A stretch of DNA of 64,000 nt from Candidatus Cloacimonadales bacterium (GCA_963665815.1 OY762463.1:3648001-3712000), one strand, 5' to 3'. Counted from the first letter of the stretch, positions 20,781 through 31,657 are shown. Translations and numbers: made by a program. The notes: a model not told the origin generated them from the sequence alone.

Positions 20781-22586
20781 TTATGACAATAATTCCATTT
20801 CTTTTTCTTCCATAAACTGGTTAGTATACAATTTATAATAATAACCTTCACTATTGATCAGACTGGTATGGTTACCTGCTTCAATTATTTCACCTTTCTT
20901 CAGTACTATAATTTTATCAGCAGACCTGATTGTAGAAAGCCTGTGAGCAATGATTATACTTGTTCGGTTTTCCATAACTCTGTCTATCGCATCCTGTATA
21001 AGGAATTCTGTTTCTGTATCAACAGATGAAGTTGCTTCATCAAGAATCAGGATTGCAGGGTCAGCCAGTATAGCTCTGGCAAAGGAAACCAACTGTTTCT
21101 GTCCGGTAGAAAGCAGGTTCCCGCTTTCACCAACTTCAGTGTTATATCCATTCTCCAGCTCGGTAATAAAATGATGGGCATGCACTGTTTTAGCAGCTTT
21201 TATAACTTCTTCATCTGTTGCTTCCAGCTTACCATATCTGATGTTCTCCATAACTGTTCCACTAAACAAATGAGGTGTCTGCAGTACAATACCGATATTA
21301 GATTGAATCACTTCCAGAGGTATAGTCTTGTAATCCTTATCATCTATTAGTATACTTCCTGAAACCGGTTCGTAAAACCTGCATGCCAGATTCACAAGTG
21401 TTGTTTTACCGGATCCTGTTTCTCCCACAAGTGCAACTTTCTCACCTTTTTTGATATTCAGATCAAAGTCTTTCAACACGTATTCCCCTTTTTTGTAATA
21501 AAAGGATACATTGCTGAAGCTTACACTTCCATTAATCTGCTGATTCTGATCTCCATTATGGTTATTAATGAAGTTATCTTTAATCTCAATATCTGAATTA
21601 AGCAGAGAAATTACTCTTTCTGCCGAAGCCTGTGCATTCTGCAGTTCGGCAAACATCCTTGATACTTCATTAACAGGTTCGAAGAAGTGGATCATATAAG
21701 AAACAAAAGCGACCAGGGTTCCGTAGGTCATTATTCCTGCTATCACACCTTTTCCTCCGAACCAGATTGCCAGCGCTGAACCTGCAGCACCAATCAATAA
21801 TATGATAGGAAAATACATGGATGACAGAATAGAAGCTTTTACAGAAGCCGAATACAAACTTGATGATGTATTCTGGAATTCCTTCAGATTCTCATCCTCT
21901 CGTACCAGGGTTTTTGTTGTCTTTGCTCCGTGAATTCCTTCATTGTAACTTCCTGTCAGTTTTGAGTTTTCCTTTCTGGATTTTCTGTAACTGCTGAGGA
22001 TACGTCTTTGGAAATACATGCTTATCCAGACTAAAACAGGGATTACGGATAATACAATTAAAGCAAGCTTCCAGTTCATGTAAAGCATGATTCCACAGAT
22101 GATAAGCATCATAGTGAATCCCCAGGAGATATCAACCATTCCCCAGGCTATTACACTTCCTAGTTTTTGACAGTCAGATGTCATTCGTGCCATAATCCAA
22201 CCTACAGGTGTCTTGTCATAATAAGAGAATGACAGGTGCTGCAGCTTGTTGAATGTATCTCTTCGAATATCGTATACAAGCAGAGTCTCTACCCGACCTG
22301 CCAGATCAATGAACATGAATATATTAGCTGTCTGTACTAATAATAGTCCTATGAATATTGCGATAAAAGTTCCGATATTTTCTGTTGTTTTTTCTGCAAT
22401 GAAATGATCTATCGCATATTTAGTCATATAAGGAAAAGCCCCTTCTATGGCTGCCGTGAGAATCATAACAAGAATGATCATCACCAGGTATTTTCTGTAA
22501 TTCAATGCATAGCGGAATATCTGTTTCCACAATTTCAGATCAAATCGTTTTGTATATTCTTCTTCTTTATAGAAAGTCTGATTCAT
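20781..22586 (-). CDS. ABC exporter half-transporter (TMD+NBD), consensus-site subunit
   Basis: Six TM segments; GETGSGKT, LSTGQKQ, ILDEATS, IAHRLS. Confidence 0.93.
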   Translation of the reverse strand: MNQTFYKEEEYTKRFDLKLWKQIFRYALNYRKYLVMIILVMILTAAIEGAFPYMTKYAIDHFIAEKTTENIGTFIAIFIGLLLVQTANIFMFIDLAGRVETLLVYDIRRDTFNKLQHLSFSYYDKTPVGWIMARMTSDCQKLGSVIAWGMVDISWGFTMMLIICGIMLYMNWKLALIVLSVIPVLVWISMYFQRRILSSYRKSRKENSKLTGSYNEGIHGAKTTKTLVREDENLKEFQNTSSSLYSASVKASILSSMYFPIILLIGAAGSALAIWFGGKGVIAGIMTYGTLVAFVSYMIHFFEPVNEVSRMFAELQNAQASAERVISLLNSDIEIKDNFINNHNGDQNQQINGSVSFSNVSFYYKKGEYVLKDFDLNIKKGEKVALVGETGSGKTTLVNLACRFYEPVSGSILIDDKDYKTIPLEVIQSNIGIVLQTPHLFSGTVMENIRYGKLEATDEEVIKAAKTVHAHHFITELENGYNTEVGESGNLLSTGQKQLVSFARAILADPAILILDEATSSVDTETEFLIQDAIDRVMENRTSIIIAHRLSTIRSADKIIVLKKGEIIEAGNHTSLINSEGYYYKLYTNQFMEEKEMELLS

Positions 22587-22599
22587 TTTTCTTACTCCG

Positions 22600-24438
22600 T
22601 TATGAAGCAGGTTTTATTGAATTAACCTCTTCACTGTTAGCTTTTTCAATGTCTTTTTGGATATCTTTCTCCAGATAATTCTGGATGGTCCATATCCTTT
22701 TATAAAGACCTTCTTCATCTATCAATTGAGCATGAGTACCAGCCTGAGTAATTTGACCATGCTCAAGTACAATAATTCTATCACATTCTGCCAAAGTTGT
22801 CAGCCTGTGAGCAATGATGATAGTTGTTGCATTTCCATGTCTCTGTTTTAATGCTTTTCTGATACTGCTGTCTGTTTCAGTATCAACAGCACTCAGCGAA
22901 TCATCAAAAATGATGACCGGAGTTTCTTTCATCAAAGCTCTCGCTATGGCAACACGCTGTTTCTGTCCTCCGGACAGCGTAACGCCTTTTTCTCCGACAA
23001 GAGTTTCATATCCGTCCTCGAACTTCTTGATCGAGTTATGGATACAGGCAATTTCCGCAGTTTCATAAATCTGTTCATCTTCGGGATTATCCGACCCCAT
23101 TCTGATGTTGTTCTTGATTGTTCTGGAATACAGGAACGGTTCCTGAAGAACAATGGATATCTGTTTGCGCAGTTCATGCTTATCTATATCTTTTATGTCC
23201 TTTCCATCAAGCAGTATGGAACCTGATCCGGGTTCGTAAAGCCTTGGAAGCAGATGAACAAGGGTCGATTTACCCGATCCTGTGGCACCAAGGATTGCAA
23301 TGGTTTCTCCTGCTTTAATCTTAAGATTTATACCTTTCAGTACATTATCATTATCGTAGCCGAAAGACACATCACGGAACTCAATATTACCTTGAAGTCT
23401 TCCCGGAGTATGTCCTTCTGTTTCTTCTTCAGGTCTGTCCAGAATCTCTTTAATCCTGTCTATTGCTACGGAGGTTTTACCCATGTCTGTCAGAGTTCTC
23501 CCCATCTGCCTGATAGGCCATAGCAGGTTTCCTTCGTATGTTATAAAGGCAACCAGAGTTCCGATTGATATCTTCCCTGATATTGCCCAGAGTGTTCCGA
23601 TAATTGTAACGATGAATATCTGTCCAATTGCCAGAAAGTCAGATATCGCCCAGTAATAGGCAAGTAGTCTTATCACTCTGTAGTTTTTATCTCTGTAGTG
23701 AGAATTTCTCTCATCGAACTTATCTATCTCGTAGTCCTGTCTGTGAAAGGCTTTTACTACTCGTATACCGGATAGATTCTCCTGTAGTACTGCGGACATA
23801 GCTCCTTCTGCTTCGTCTGATTCTTTGAATGACTTCTTAACCTGCAGGAAGAAGAAGTATGAAAAACAGAACAGTGCTGGTATGACTACCATCGAAATCA
23901 TGGTCATAGATTTATCTAATGACAGCATGACCGGAATAATCAGTATAATCATGAAAATTGCTCTGCCTATTTCCACAAGTTGGGCAGACATGAATATCCT
24001 GATTGTTTCCACATCAGATGTACATCTCTGAATGATATCTCCGGTTTCCATTTTCACGTGATAGGCAAACGGAAGTCGCTGAATGTGGTTGTATAACCTG
24101 TCCCTGAGTCGCTTAGATGCAGACTCTGAAGCTGTAGCTGACCACTTACCTTTTAAATACCCGAAGAATCCACTGATCGCTGTTGTAAGGATAATCGCTA
24201 TAGCAATAATCCAGAGGTTACTACGGAAATACTCGTTTCCTTCAGTGAATTCAAGTACTGACTTAAATAATTTTATTTTAGGTATTTCAGTTCCTATAAC
24301 ATTGTCTATGGCAAATCGTATAAGCAACGGAGAAATGAAGCCAAACAATGTTGAAATGACAATTGCGATAACAGAATATACATAGAGTTTTCTGTATCCA
24401 TGTAGATAAGAACTAACAAATTTCAGTTTTTCTCTCAT
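22600..24438 (-). CDS. ABC exporter half-transporter, degenerate-site subunit of a heterodimer
   Basis: GATGSGKS, LSGGQKQR, Walker B IFDDSLS (catalytic E replaced by D); start moved to ATG 24438 after AAGGAG. Confidence 0.93.
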   Translation of the reverse strand: MREKLKFVSSYLHGYRKLYVYSVIAIVISTLFGFISPLLIRFAIDNVIGTEIPKIKLFKSVLEFTEGNEYFRSNLWIIAIAIILTTAISGFFGYLKGKWSATASESASKRLRDRLYNHIQRLPFAYHVKMETGDIIQRCTSDVETIRIFMSAQLVEIGRAIFMIILIIPVMLSLDKSMTMISMVVIPALFCFSYFFFLQVKKSFKESDEAEGAMSAVLQENLSGIRVVKAFHRQDYEIDKFDERNSHYRDKNYRVIRLLAYYWAISDFLAIGQIFIVTIIGTLWAISGKISIGTLVAFITYEGNLLWPIRQMGRTLTDMGKTSVAIDRIKEILDRPEEETEGHTPGRLQGNIEFRDVSFGYDNDNVLKGINLKIKAGETIAILGATGSGKSTLVHLLPRLYEPGSGSILLDGKDIKDIDKHELRKQISIVLQEPFLYSRTIKNNIRMGSDNPEDEQIYETAEIACIHNSIKKFEDGYETLVGEKGVTLSGGQKQRVAIARALMKETPVIIFDDSLSAVDTETDSSIRKALKQRHGNATTIIIAHRLTTLAECDRIIVLEHGQITQAGTHAQLIDEEGLYKRIWTIQNYLEKDIQKDIEKANSEEVNSIKPAS

Positions 24439-24491
24439 TTTTGCTCCTTTGTAGTCGGACAAAACATTGGGTGACTTCTATTCTCAGGCAC

Positions 24492-24525
24492 AAAAAAAAG
24501 CCACGGCTCAATGTTGTCCGTGGCT
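24492..24525 (-). terminator. Terminator in the 5' leader of the ABC operon (attenuator)
   Basis: Minus strand AGCCACGG-N11-CCGTGGCT followed by a T tract, about 55 nt before the start codon. Confidence 0.85.
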
Positions 24526-24548
24526 AAATTTATTTATTATATAAAATC

Positions 24549-24647
24549 TTATTGCTTCATAAAACTTAACAACGGATAATAAATTGATGGATTTGTATTG
24601 AATACATGCATATTTGCTTCAAACCATTTTCTAATGATTAAGTTCAT
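24549..24647 (-). CDS. Putative leader peptide (32 aa) MNLIIRKWFEANMHVFNTNPSIYYPLLSFMKQ
   Basis: GGAGG at 24655-24659 precedes ATG 24647; the ORF stops about 24 nt before the terminator. Confidence 0.65.
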   Translation of the reverse strand: MNLIIRKWFEANMHVFNTNPSIYYPLLSFMKQ

Positions 24648-24808
24648 TATCTTACCTCCGTTGTTTTTTATTTGTTTCCAAAAAGAATAATCCTGAAAAT
24701 TTGTCAAGCAGAAAAGATGGAAAATTGAGGATTGCTCAGTATTAGCTATTGTCAGCATTTTAAAATAGAGTATATAACAGGTTGCTTTGATATAAGTTAA
24801 ATATTGCT

Positions 24809-26011
24809 TTAAAAAAAAGCATGTCTGATGAAAACTTCCATTCCCGATAAGCTGTATTCTATTTCGGGGAGATATAGTTCCTCAACAGCATTCACTTCCT
24901 GTTGCGGGATAACCAGTTTCTTTCCGACAGCGTTGTATCTCAGACCTATGTCAAAGTTCTTGAAGTTGAATAAACCTCCAAAAACAAATCCGAAGTATTC
25001 TTTATCAACACCGGTAAGTGATTTTGTGTAATGAAGACGGGGAGATTCGTAATTGACATCAACAGTCTGCTCCGTATTGAAAATATGACAGAATTTAATA
25101 CCGCCCAATATGGTAACCATATCCATAAAATTTATTTCTGCTGTAACAGGGAATTCAAGAAAACTTGCCATGCTCATTTCTTCATATTTCAAATCACTAT
25201 CAAAAAATCCATCAGAAGCCATGATGTATGGTCTACATAATAATCCTGCTCTTAAAACAGCAATATCAAATACTGATAAACCATAATTCATCCCCCCAAA
25301 GACACTTGGGAATCTACTTTTATACATTCCATACTCAAACTTGAAGCCGGTATGGTTGAGTGAGTCAGAGGGGACAATTGGGTTAAAGGATTGTTTATAT
25401 TTGTCGGAGAAAGGGAATTTGACGCTGATTGTCAGCATATCTACATCCAAGAAAATGAACCTGTCCTGAGAATAGAGATACGCAAGATCTGTTTGAGAGA
25501 TAAAATGCGATTTTCCCATGAAATACATTCCGAACTTATATCCTGAAGATATGCTGAAATACTTGTAATCACAATTACTCCCATGAAGTGTAACTCCTAT
25601 TGCTTGTTTATCATGACTGATAACCGGTCCTTCATTGAATGGATCATCACCAGGACCGTCAAAAAGAGTAAACTCTCTGTCATACCCCTTAATACCTTCT
25701 TCTTTACAATATCTGTAAAATACACCTACGTTATAGGTAGACCTGAAAAATGGAAGTTTAACTTTGTATAATTGGATGGATGACTTTAAGTCGATAATAT
25801 CAAACTTATATTTTGTCGATTTGTTCTCAAAATGAGCAAATTTAGCTGATAAGCCGGTTCTATTCTCCTGATCAAACAGTTCAGCTTCGATGTTAAACGG
25901 GGTAAACATTGTAGCTTCATATTGTAGATTAAAATCCACAGATTTTTTTTCATCCTCGGCAAACATACTTGCCAGAAGTATAGTTAACAGCATAAAAAAT
26001 AGTAATCGCAC
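24809..26011 (-). CDS. Hypothetical secreted protein, probable outer-membrane beta-barrel
   Basis: Signal peptide, aromatic-rich alternating strands, C-terminal Phe. Confidence 0.6.
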   Translation of the reverse strand: MRLLFFMLLTILLASMFAEDEKKSVDFNLQYEATMFTPFNIEAELFDQENRTGLSAKFAHFENKSTKYKFDIIDLKSSIQLYKVKLPFFRSTYNVGVFYRYCKEEGIKGYDREFTLFDGPGDDPFNEGPVISHDKQAIGVTLHGSNCDYKYFSISSGYKFGMYFMGKSHFISQTDLAYLYSQDRFIFLDVDMLTISVKFPFSDKYKQSFNPIVPSDSLNHTGFKFEYGMYKSRFPSVFGGMNYGLSVFDIAVLRAGLLCRPYIMASDGFFDSDLKYEEMSMASFLEFPVTAEINFMDMVTILGGIKFCHIFNTEQTVDVNYESPRLHYTKSLTGVDKEYFGFVFGGLFNFKNFDIGLRYNAVGKKLVIPQQEVNAVEELYLPEIEYSLSGMEVFIRHAFF

Positions 26012-26302
26012 AATTTTTCCTTTTTAAATCAAACTAATGTATACCCATAGCATTTATAAAGGCTTTCGGGCATTCGATAAATCTACTATTAAAACAAAGT
26101 AAATTTTTGAAGACTGAAAGTACATGAATACTGCATTGTATTATCTATCCTAGAAAAGTAATGACTTATGCAAATTGTCAAGATTATTGAAGCTGTGCAA
26201 GTATTTAAGTTCTATATTCAATTTTTTATTGTTCCCTGTGTTAATGATGTTTGTCATCGGATCCAGCTGCTCATTATTTCACACCGTTTTTTGCAGAGTG
26301 TT

Positions 26303-26332
26303 AAAAAAAAGCCTGCTGAAGATCAACAGGCT
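26303..26332 (-). terminator. Intrinsic terminator
   Basis: Minus strand AGCCTGTTGA-TCT-TCAGCAGGCT followed by a T tract. Confidence 0.8.
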
Positions 26333-26360
26333 ATAAATTGATAGTAGTAACAAATTACAA

Positions 26361-27761
26361 TTAGAAGTAGAACATCAGGCTGAGTTCAAATCTTCTTTCG
26401 TTGGTCAACGTGTTCTTATATACGACAAAATCATCATCAAGCAGGTTGTATGCTTTAAAGCTGATATGGAAGTTTTTCTGCATCATATAGATCATGTTTG
26501 CATGAACAAGAAATGCGTCATCCATTTTCTTTGCAGCATAATCTTTTCTCTGAGATATCGCATCGAATGAGATTCCGGCTTTAATCTGGTCCTGCTCATA
26601 AGATACATCAAGGTTGTTTACTATTCTCGGTTGAAACGGAACGGAATTAGAACCTGATCCTATCACATCATAAGAAAGATAACTTCCGGAATATTTGAAT
26701 GAGAACTGTTTGTATTTGTTATAAACTGATAATTTAACATATTGAGTGTGTACGTCAATAGTTCTACTCTGGTACGGAGAATTCGGAGTCAATTGATAAT
26801 ATACTCTGAAATCGTCTGAAGTTTTGTAATTGTATTCCAGAGAGACAGGGAGATAAAGGCTGTGATGCAGAACAGTATGGAAGTCCACAAGGTTCTTTTC
26901 TTGTTCTTTATCAAAATACAGTGTATGATAAGGATTTGTCTCCAGATTCTCATATCGTTTTCTAACAGTAATTCCCGGTTCATTAAATACTTTTACGCCC
27001 ATGTATTCATTGAACTGTTTGCTGTATGCAAAGATAACTGATGGATAAACATGAAACTTATCTGCACCAAACCAGAGACCGAACTTATCAAGCTGAATTA
27101 CATCCTGACGTTCTGCTGAAATTGTACAAGCTCCACTGGAAGCGATAAAGAATGGATTAAGCTTAACATTGGAGTTCCTGTATTCGGTTTCCAGTATTAA
27201 GTCAATATCTAGATCGCTTACAGTTACATCTTTAGTGTTTTCCTGTTTGAAAGTGGACATGCCTACTTCAGCTTTAGCATCAATATCTGTGTAGAATGTA
27301 AAGCTGTGCCGTCCAGACGCAAAAAGTCCTGCCTGAGTTGTTTTTGTCTCCTGCAGATCAAACTCTCTGGTTTCAAAGAGAGAATAGAAATCTGGTTTAT
27401 AACCGCTAATCGTTGGTCTCCACAAGGCATTCATGCCTGAGTATTTCCACTTTGATTCCTGTTCGTTTACATATATACTGCTTCCCAGATTAAGGTAATC
27501 AGAATCCGGTTTGTATAGATCAAAATCTACCTGCAGGTGAGAGTTAGTACCTACCATCAGACGGAATAAACTTTCATCTGATGCAAGTCTTTTTTTTACA
27601 GGAACAGGATTTAGTTCCGGAATGAAGTTTTCGGCAAAACGATCATAATTTTTATCATTCCAGTATTTGGCAATTTCCTGTTTGTCAATTGAGGGGTTAT
27701 CCTGACAAAACAGGAAGGCTGCAGTTATGAGTAAAGCTGTGATTAATACTTTGACTTTCAT
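26361..27761 (-). CDS. Outer-membrane beta-barrel protein with a TonB-dependent-receptor-like C-terminus
   Basis: Signal peptide; ends AYNLLDDDF...ERRFELSLMFYF. Confidence 0.7.
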   Translation of the reverse strand: MKVKVLITALLITAAFLFCQDNPSIDKQEIAKYWNDKNYDRFAENFIPELNPVPVKKRLASDESLFRLMVGTNSHLQVDFDLYKPDSDYLNLGSSIYVNEQESKWKYSGMNALWRPTISGYKPDFYSLFETREFDLQETKTTQAGLFASGRHSFTFYTDIDAKAEVGMSTFKQENTKDVTVSDLDIDLILETEYRNSNVKLNPFFIASSGACTISAERQDVIQLDKFGLWFGADKFHVYPSVIFAYSKQFNEYMGVKVFNEPGITVRKRYENLETNPYHTLYFDKEQEKNLVDFHTVLHHSLYLPVSLEYNYKTSDDFRVYYQLTPNSPYQSRTIDVHTQYVKLSVYNKYKQFSFKYSGSYLSYDVIGSGSNSVPFQPRIVNNLDVSYEQDQIKAGISFDAISQRKDYAAKKMDDAFLVHANMIYMMQKNFHISFKAYNLLDDDFVVYKNTLTNERRFELSLMFYF

Positions 27762-27775
27762 TTTTACTCCACAAA

Positions 27776-30595
27776 TTATTTTATTAAAATTTTATCTAAT
27801 TCTTTGATTCTTTCATTACTTAAATTATCCCTGATCATACTGTACATATTATCTGCTTTATTCTTTTCTCCGGTTTGGAGGTAACATTTAATCAGATAGT
27901 ATTTTCCCTCAATGCTGACTTCTTTATTACCACTGAACATGTAAGAGATTTTGAGCAGCTCTACGATTGCTTGTTCATAGTTATTCTTAAAGTAAAACAG
28001 CATCCCAGTACGAAGTTGGATCTCAGCTTTAATATTATCGTCATCATTGAGTCTATTTGACGCAAGAAGAGGTTCAATACCGGAGTATCTTTGCTGAGCA
28101 AACAGAAAATCAATCATTTCAATATCTGCCAGAGCTTTGTAACGTGAGTCACCGACAGCTTTCAGCTTTTCATAAGTGTCAGAGAAACCTGAAAATTGGT
28201 TTGCACTCTGGAGTTTCAGAATACTCAGAAGAATGTCTGGATCTTCAGCATAAACACTGGCGCTATCCAACTGAATTTCTCCTTTTTTTAAGAATCGGTC
28301 TTTAAGCAGCAGTTTACCCCAGTGAGCGTAAATTCCCGCATTGAGTTCATTGCTGTTTTCGTATAGTTCGTATGCTTTATGATTAAGATCGAGTTTTCCG
28401 TAAGCTTTTCCAAGACTGAGAACAATGTCAGGATTATCTGAATTTTTAAGATAGTTTTTACAAAGACTTATTACCTTGTTCCAATTACCGGAATCTTCTT
28501 CAGACATGATAATGTATTCGGCTATGATTGCTTTCATTTCGGAATCTGTTACTTTTGCTGATATTGATTCCAGAACCGGAGCATAGCTTATTTCTCTTGC
28601 AATATTCGATTTTACAACGCCTGTCAGAGATTCTTCAAAATCATCTGTAGAAGCGGCTTTCAATGCTGCTTTTACGAAAAACTCAGATGCTTTGGCATAA
28701 TTTCCCATATTGTAATATGATTCAGCCAGTCTGTTCTGAATTTTATACAATCTACCACCTTTCTGACTCTTCATGTAGTCAGTGTAGAAATCTATTGCGC
28801 TGGCATAATCCTGATTAACATATGCAGCTTCAGCTCCCGCTTCAAGGAATTCCTGACCATCTTCGTTTACACTGTTATTCTTCAGGTATTTCGATGCTTG
28901 AGAAAAATTATCCATATTATAGTAGCACCATCCGATCTGTGTTTCGGCTTTACTTTTTTCTTTCTGGCTTGAAGCGACTTTCAGGGCTTCTTTATATTTG
29001 TCTAAAGCCTTCTGGTAGGACTTTCCGGAATACAGAATGTTTGCTTCAGTATAAATACGGTTGAACTTGTATTTATCAATATCTTTTATCTGATCGAGAG
29101 CATCAAGAGATTCTTTATTGTTCCCAAGCTTCTGCTGCACTTCCGACAATCTGTTAAGCAGGTTATCCTTTCTATTGCCGGCAATGTAAGACTCGTGTAA
29201 ATAGTTAACTGCCGTACCGAGATCTTTCCGGGAATAATAAATCTCACCGATGTAATAGCAGGCATCAGCGTAAAATTCAGAATGTTTATAATTGTCTACA
29301 ATCTTTTTGAACACATTCAAAGCTGTATCACTATTCTCTTCAAGAAGATGAATCAAACCGGTCTTAAAGTATGCCTGATCTGTATAAAAACCGTCTATTG
29401 TTTCGGTTATGTATTTATTGTAAAATGCCTTTGCTTCCTTCAGATTATTCAGATAGTAGAAGGATTCTGCTATAATATATTGAGCATCATAATAATATTT
29501 GGAATTATCAAGCTTCATCAGTTGAGAAATACAGCTCTCGTAATCATCATTTTTCAAGTAAGCAAGTCCTTTATAGAACATTGCCATTGGTTTCATTACC
29601 GGATCATTGCTCTTGATGATTTCATCATACTTGTTCATTTTCATTTCTTCAGAGGAGAACAAAGAAACTGATATAATTTCTGTTTTTCTCTTTATTTCTT
29701 CGTTTGAAATATTACTCAAATTCTCGGTGATGTGTTTTTCAGCACCTTTATAATTCATTCCTTTTAGAAGCACCAATAACTTAAAATAATTCTTCAACTC
29801 AGAATCAAGCGATGAATCGTTCAGCATTGTTTCGGCTTCATTCAGATTGCCCGACAGTATAGATGCTGTTATTTTCTGACCGATGAAGTCAGAAGAAAAC
29901 TGAGAATTGTTATCCATATCGTCAGAATCGATAACCTTACTGTACATTCCTTTTTTCAGATAGAAATTATTGATCAGGATTCTGGCGTAATCTCCATAAT
30001 CAGGATCTTTCTCATAAAGTGTATTGATATATGAAGCTGCCTGCTCATACATATTGTAAGCAATAAGATTTTTAATGTGGAGAGTAAGGACAACGGTGGA
30101 TGGATTGCTGTCAACAGCTTTCGAACTCATTTCGTATGCTTTTGAATACAGGGATTCAGAATAATAAATTTCAGAAAGATAATAGAATGCTTCCCAGGAA
30201 TTAGAAGATCCGGAATATCTTATAGTATAATCTTTGAAGTATTTTTCCGCTTTTTTATAGTTTCTCAACATAAAATGGTTTTTACCCTGAAGAAGAACTA
30301 TCTGTTTAATTACATCCGGATCAGTTTCATTAAACTCCATATCATTAAGGGTTGTTCTGACTTCCGAATAGTTACCGTTGAGAAAGTCTATGTAAACAGT
30401 TTCCAGATTATGAGACTTTACCATTATGTAATCCGGTTGTCTGAGAAGGTTTCGTTCTATTTTTCGGATCTCTGAACCTGCTACATGCGGCATGTCTTTT
30501 CCCATGAGGATATCTACAATGATATGATCGGTGTTATAAGAATTAAGTGAGACAAAGGCAGATAACATTAAAATTACATAAATGAGATATTTCAC
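27776..30595 (-). CDS. Exported tetratricopeptide-repeat protein
   Basis: Many TPR-like units (AFYYLSEIYY, AQYIIAESFY, AYFKTGLIH, ACYYIGEIYY); GTG 30595 after GGAG gives a signal peptide. Confidence 0.85.
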   Translation of the reverse strand: MKYLIYVILMLSAFVSLNSYNTDHIIVDILMGKDMPHVAGSEIRKIERNLLRQPDYIMVKSHNLETVYIDFLNGNYSEVRTTLNDMEFNETDPDVIKQIVLLQGKNHFMLRNYKKAEKYFKDYTIRYSGSSNSWEAFYYLSEIYYSESLYSKAYEMSSKAVDSNPSTVVLTLHIKNLIAYNMYEQAASYINTLYEKDPDYGDYARILINNFYLKKGMYSKVIDSDDMDNNSQFSSDFIGQKITASILSGNLNEAETMLNDSSLDSELKNYFKLLVLLKGMNYKGAEKHITENLSNISNEEIKRKTEIISVSLFSSEEMKMNKYDEIIKSNDPVMKPMAMFYKGLAYLKNDDYESCISQLMKLDNSKYYYDAQYIIAESFYYLNNLKEAKAFYNKYITETIDGFYTDQAYFKTGLIHLLEENSDTALNVFKKIVDNYKHSEFYADACYYIGEIYYSRKDLGTAVNYLHESYIAGNRKDNLLNRLSEVQQKLGNNKESLDALDQIKDIDKYKFNRIYTEANILYSGKSYQKALDKYKEALKVASSQKEKSKAETQIGWCYYNMDNFSQASKYLKNNSVNEDGQEFLEAGAEAAYVNQDYASAIDFYTDYMKSQKGGRLYKIQNRLAESYYNMGNYAKASEFFVKAALKAASTDDFEESLTGVVKSNIAREISYAPVLESISAKVTDSEMKAIIAEYIIMSEEDSGNWNKVISLCKNYLKNSDNPDIVLSLGKAYGKLDLNHKAYELYENSNELNAGIYAHWGKLLLKDRFLKKGEIQLDSASVYAEDPDILLSILKLQSANQFSGFSDTYEKLKAVGDSRYKALADIEMIDFLFAQQRYSGIEPLLASNRLNDDDNIKAEIQLRTGMLFYFKNNYEQAIVELLKISYMFSGNKEVSIEGKYYLIKCYLQTGEKNKADNMYSMIRDNLSNERIKELDKILIK

Positions 30596-30824
30596 AAGAA
30601 CTCCTGCAATTATATTTTGTAAGTATTTGATACTTTTCTGTACTATCAATACAGATACATAAATTCAAAGTAAAAAATATATATCTGGTTAACTTGTCAA
30701 TATTTGAAGTAAATTCTTCCGGTTAATCTTCTCTTTCCATATTTTAATAACAAATTCTAACGAAAATACTTGCCAGAAATTTTTCTTTACTCTTATTTCT
30801 CTGCATTGTTATGAAGGAGGAAAT

Positions 30825-31649
30825 GTGAGTAAGTTTGAGTACGAACTGTTAGTAAAACCTTTGAATGAACTGCCTTTGAAAAGCTGGTTTCCTGAAGAAA
30901 CTGAGCAAAGAACTATGGTAGATTTGTTAACCAGATCATATGTCTGCTCAATTGTAATTAACGGTAGCATCACTGGCTTTTTTACATTCGAAACTTATAT
31001 GACTACGGTCAGTTTCAAGATTTTTGTGAGAGCACAAGTTGATACACATGAAAATGATCTGCTTATGCTGTTGAAGGTGTTCTGCAATGAAAATTTTACA
31101 GCTGAGCAAGCTGAGTATTTCACAGTTGCATTTTTCAAGAAATCGAGTCATTTTGAATTAAATGAATATATTGATAGAACCTTCAGAATGGAATATACAC
31201 CGGAATCTCAAAGAAAGTGTACATCCTCATCTATGGTGATAGTGCATAGTAATGACTTGGATATAAACCTCTTAAAAGAGTTTCATTACGTTTGTTACGC
31301 AGAAGATTCTCCTTATATGCCAGGAGACTGGGATAAGATGCTGGTAAATTTCAATAATACTGATCTGCCTTCTTACAGTTTCTCTACAGTAAACAAAGAT
31401 AAGTTGAGTGGTGTATGCATAGGTATGTTTATTCCGCACAGAGATTTCAAATATCTGTATTCAATTTGTGTTCATCCGGAGTATAGAAATTCCGGAATTG
31501 GTTCTGCATTGCTGGATGAGTTTCTTAAGGCAGAACCGGAGAAACCTGTAGTGCTGAATGTTTTTGAGTCTGCTGTATCTGCATGTAATCTGTATAGGAA
31601 AGCCGGATTTGTTGAAAAGGCAGTTACATCTCACATTTATAAGGTCTAA
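30825..31649 (+). CDS. GNAT-family acetyltransferase (C-terminal GNAT domain)
   Basis: ICVHPEYRNSGIGSALL and ACNLYRKAGF; AAGGAGG RBS. Confidence 0.85.
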   Translation: MSKFEYELLVKPLNELPLKSWFPEETEQRTMVDLLTRSYVCSIVINGSITGFFTFETYMTTVSFKIFVRAQVDTHENDLLMLLKVFCNENFTAEQAEYFTVAFFKKSSHFELNEYIDRTFRMEYTPESQRKCTSSSMVIVHSNDLDINLLKEFHYVCYAEDSPYMPGDWDKMLVNFNNTDLPSYSFSTVNKDKLSGVCIGMFIPHRDFKYLYSICVHPEYRNSGIGSALLDEFLKAEPEKPVVLNVFESAVSACNLYRKAGFVEKAVTSHIYKV

Positions 31650-31657
31650 ATGTCGGA

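Noticed and set aside
22600..24438. Walker B Glu-to-Asp change as a sign of a dead transporter
   Set aside because: A degenerate site is normal in heterodimeric ABC exporters, and the partner subunit keeps the catalytic Glu.
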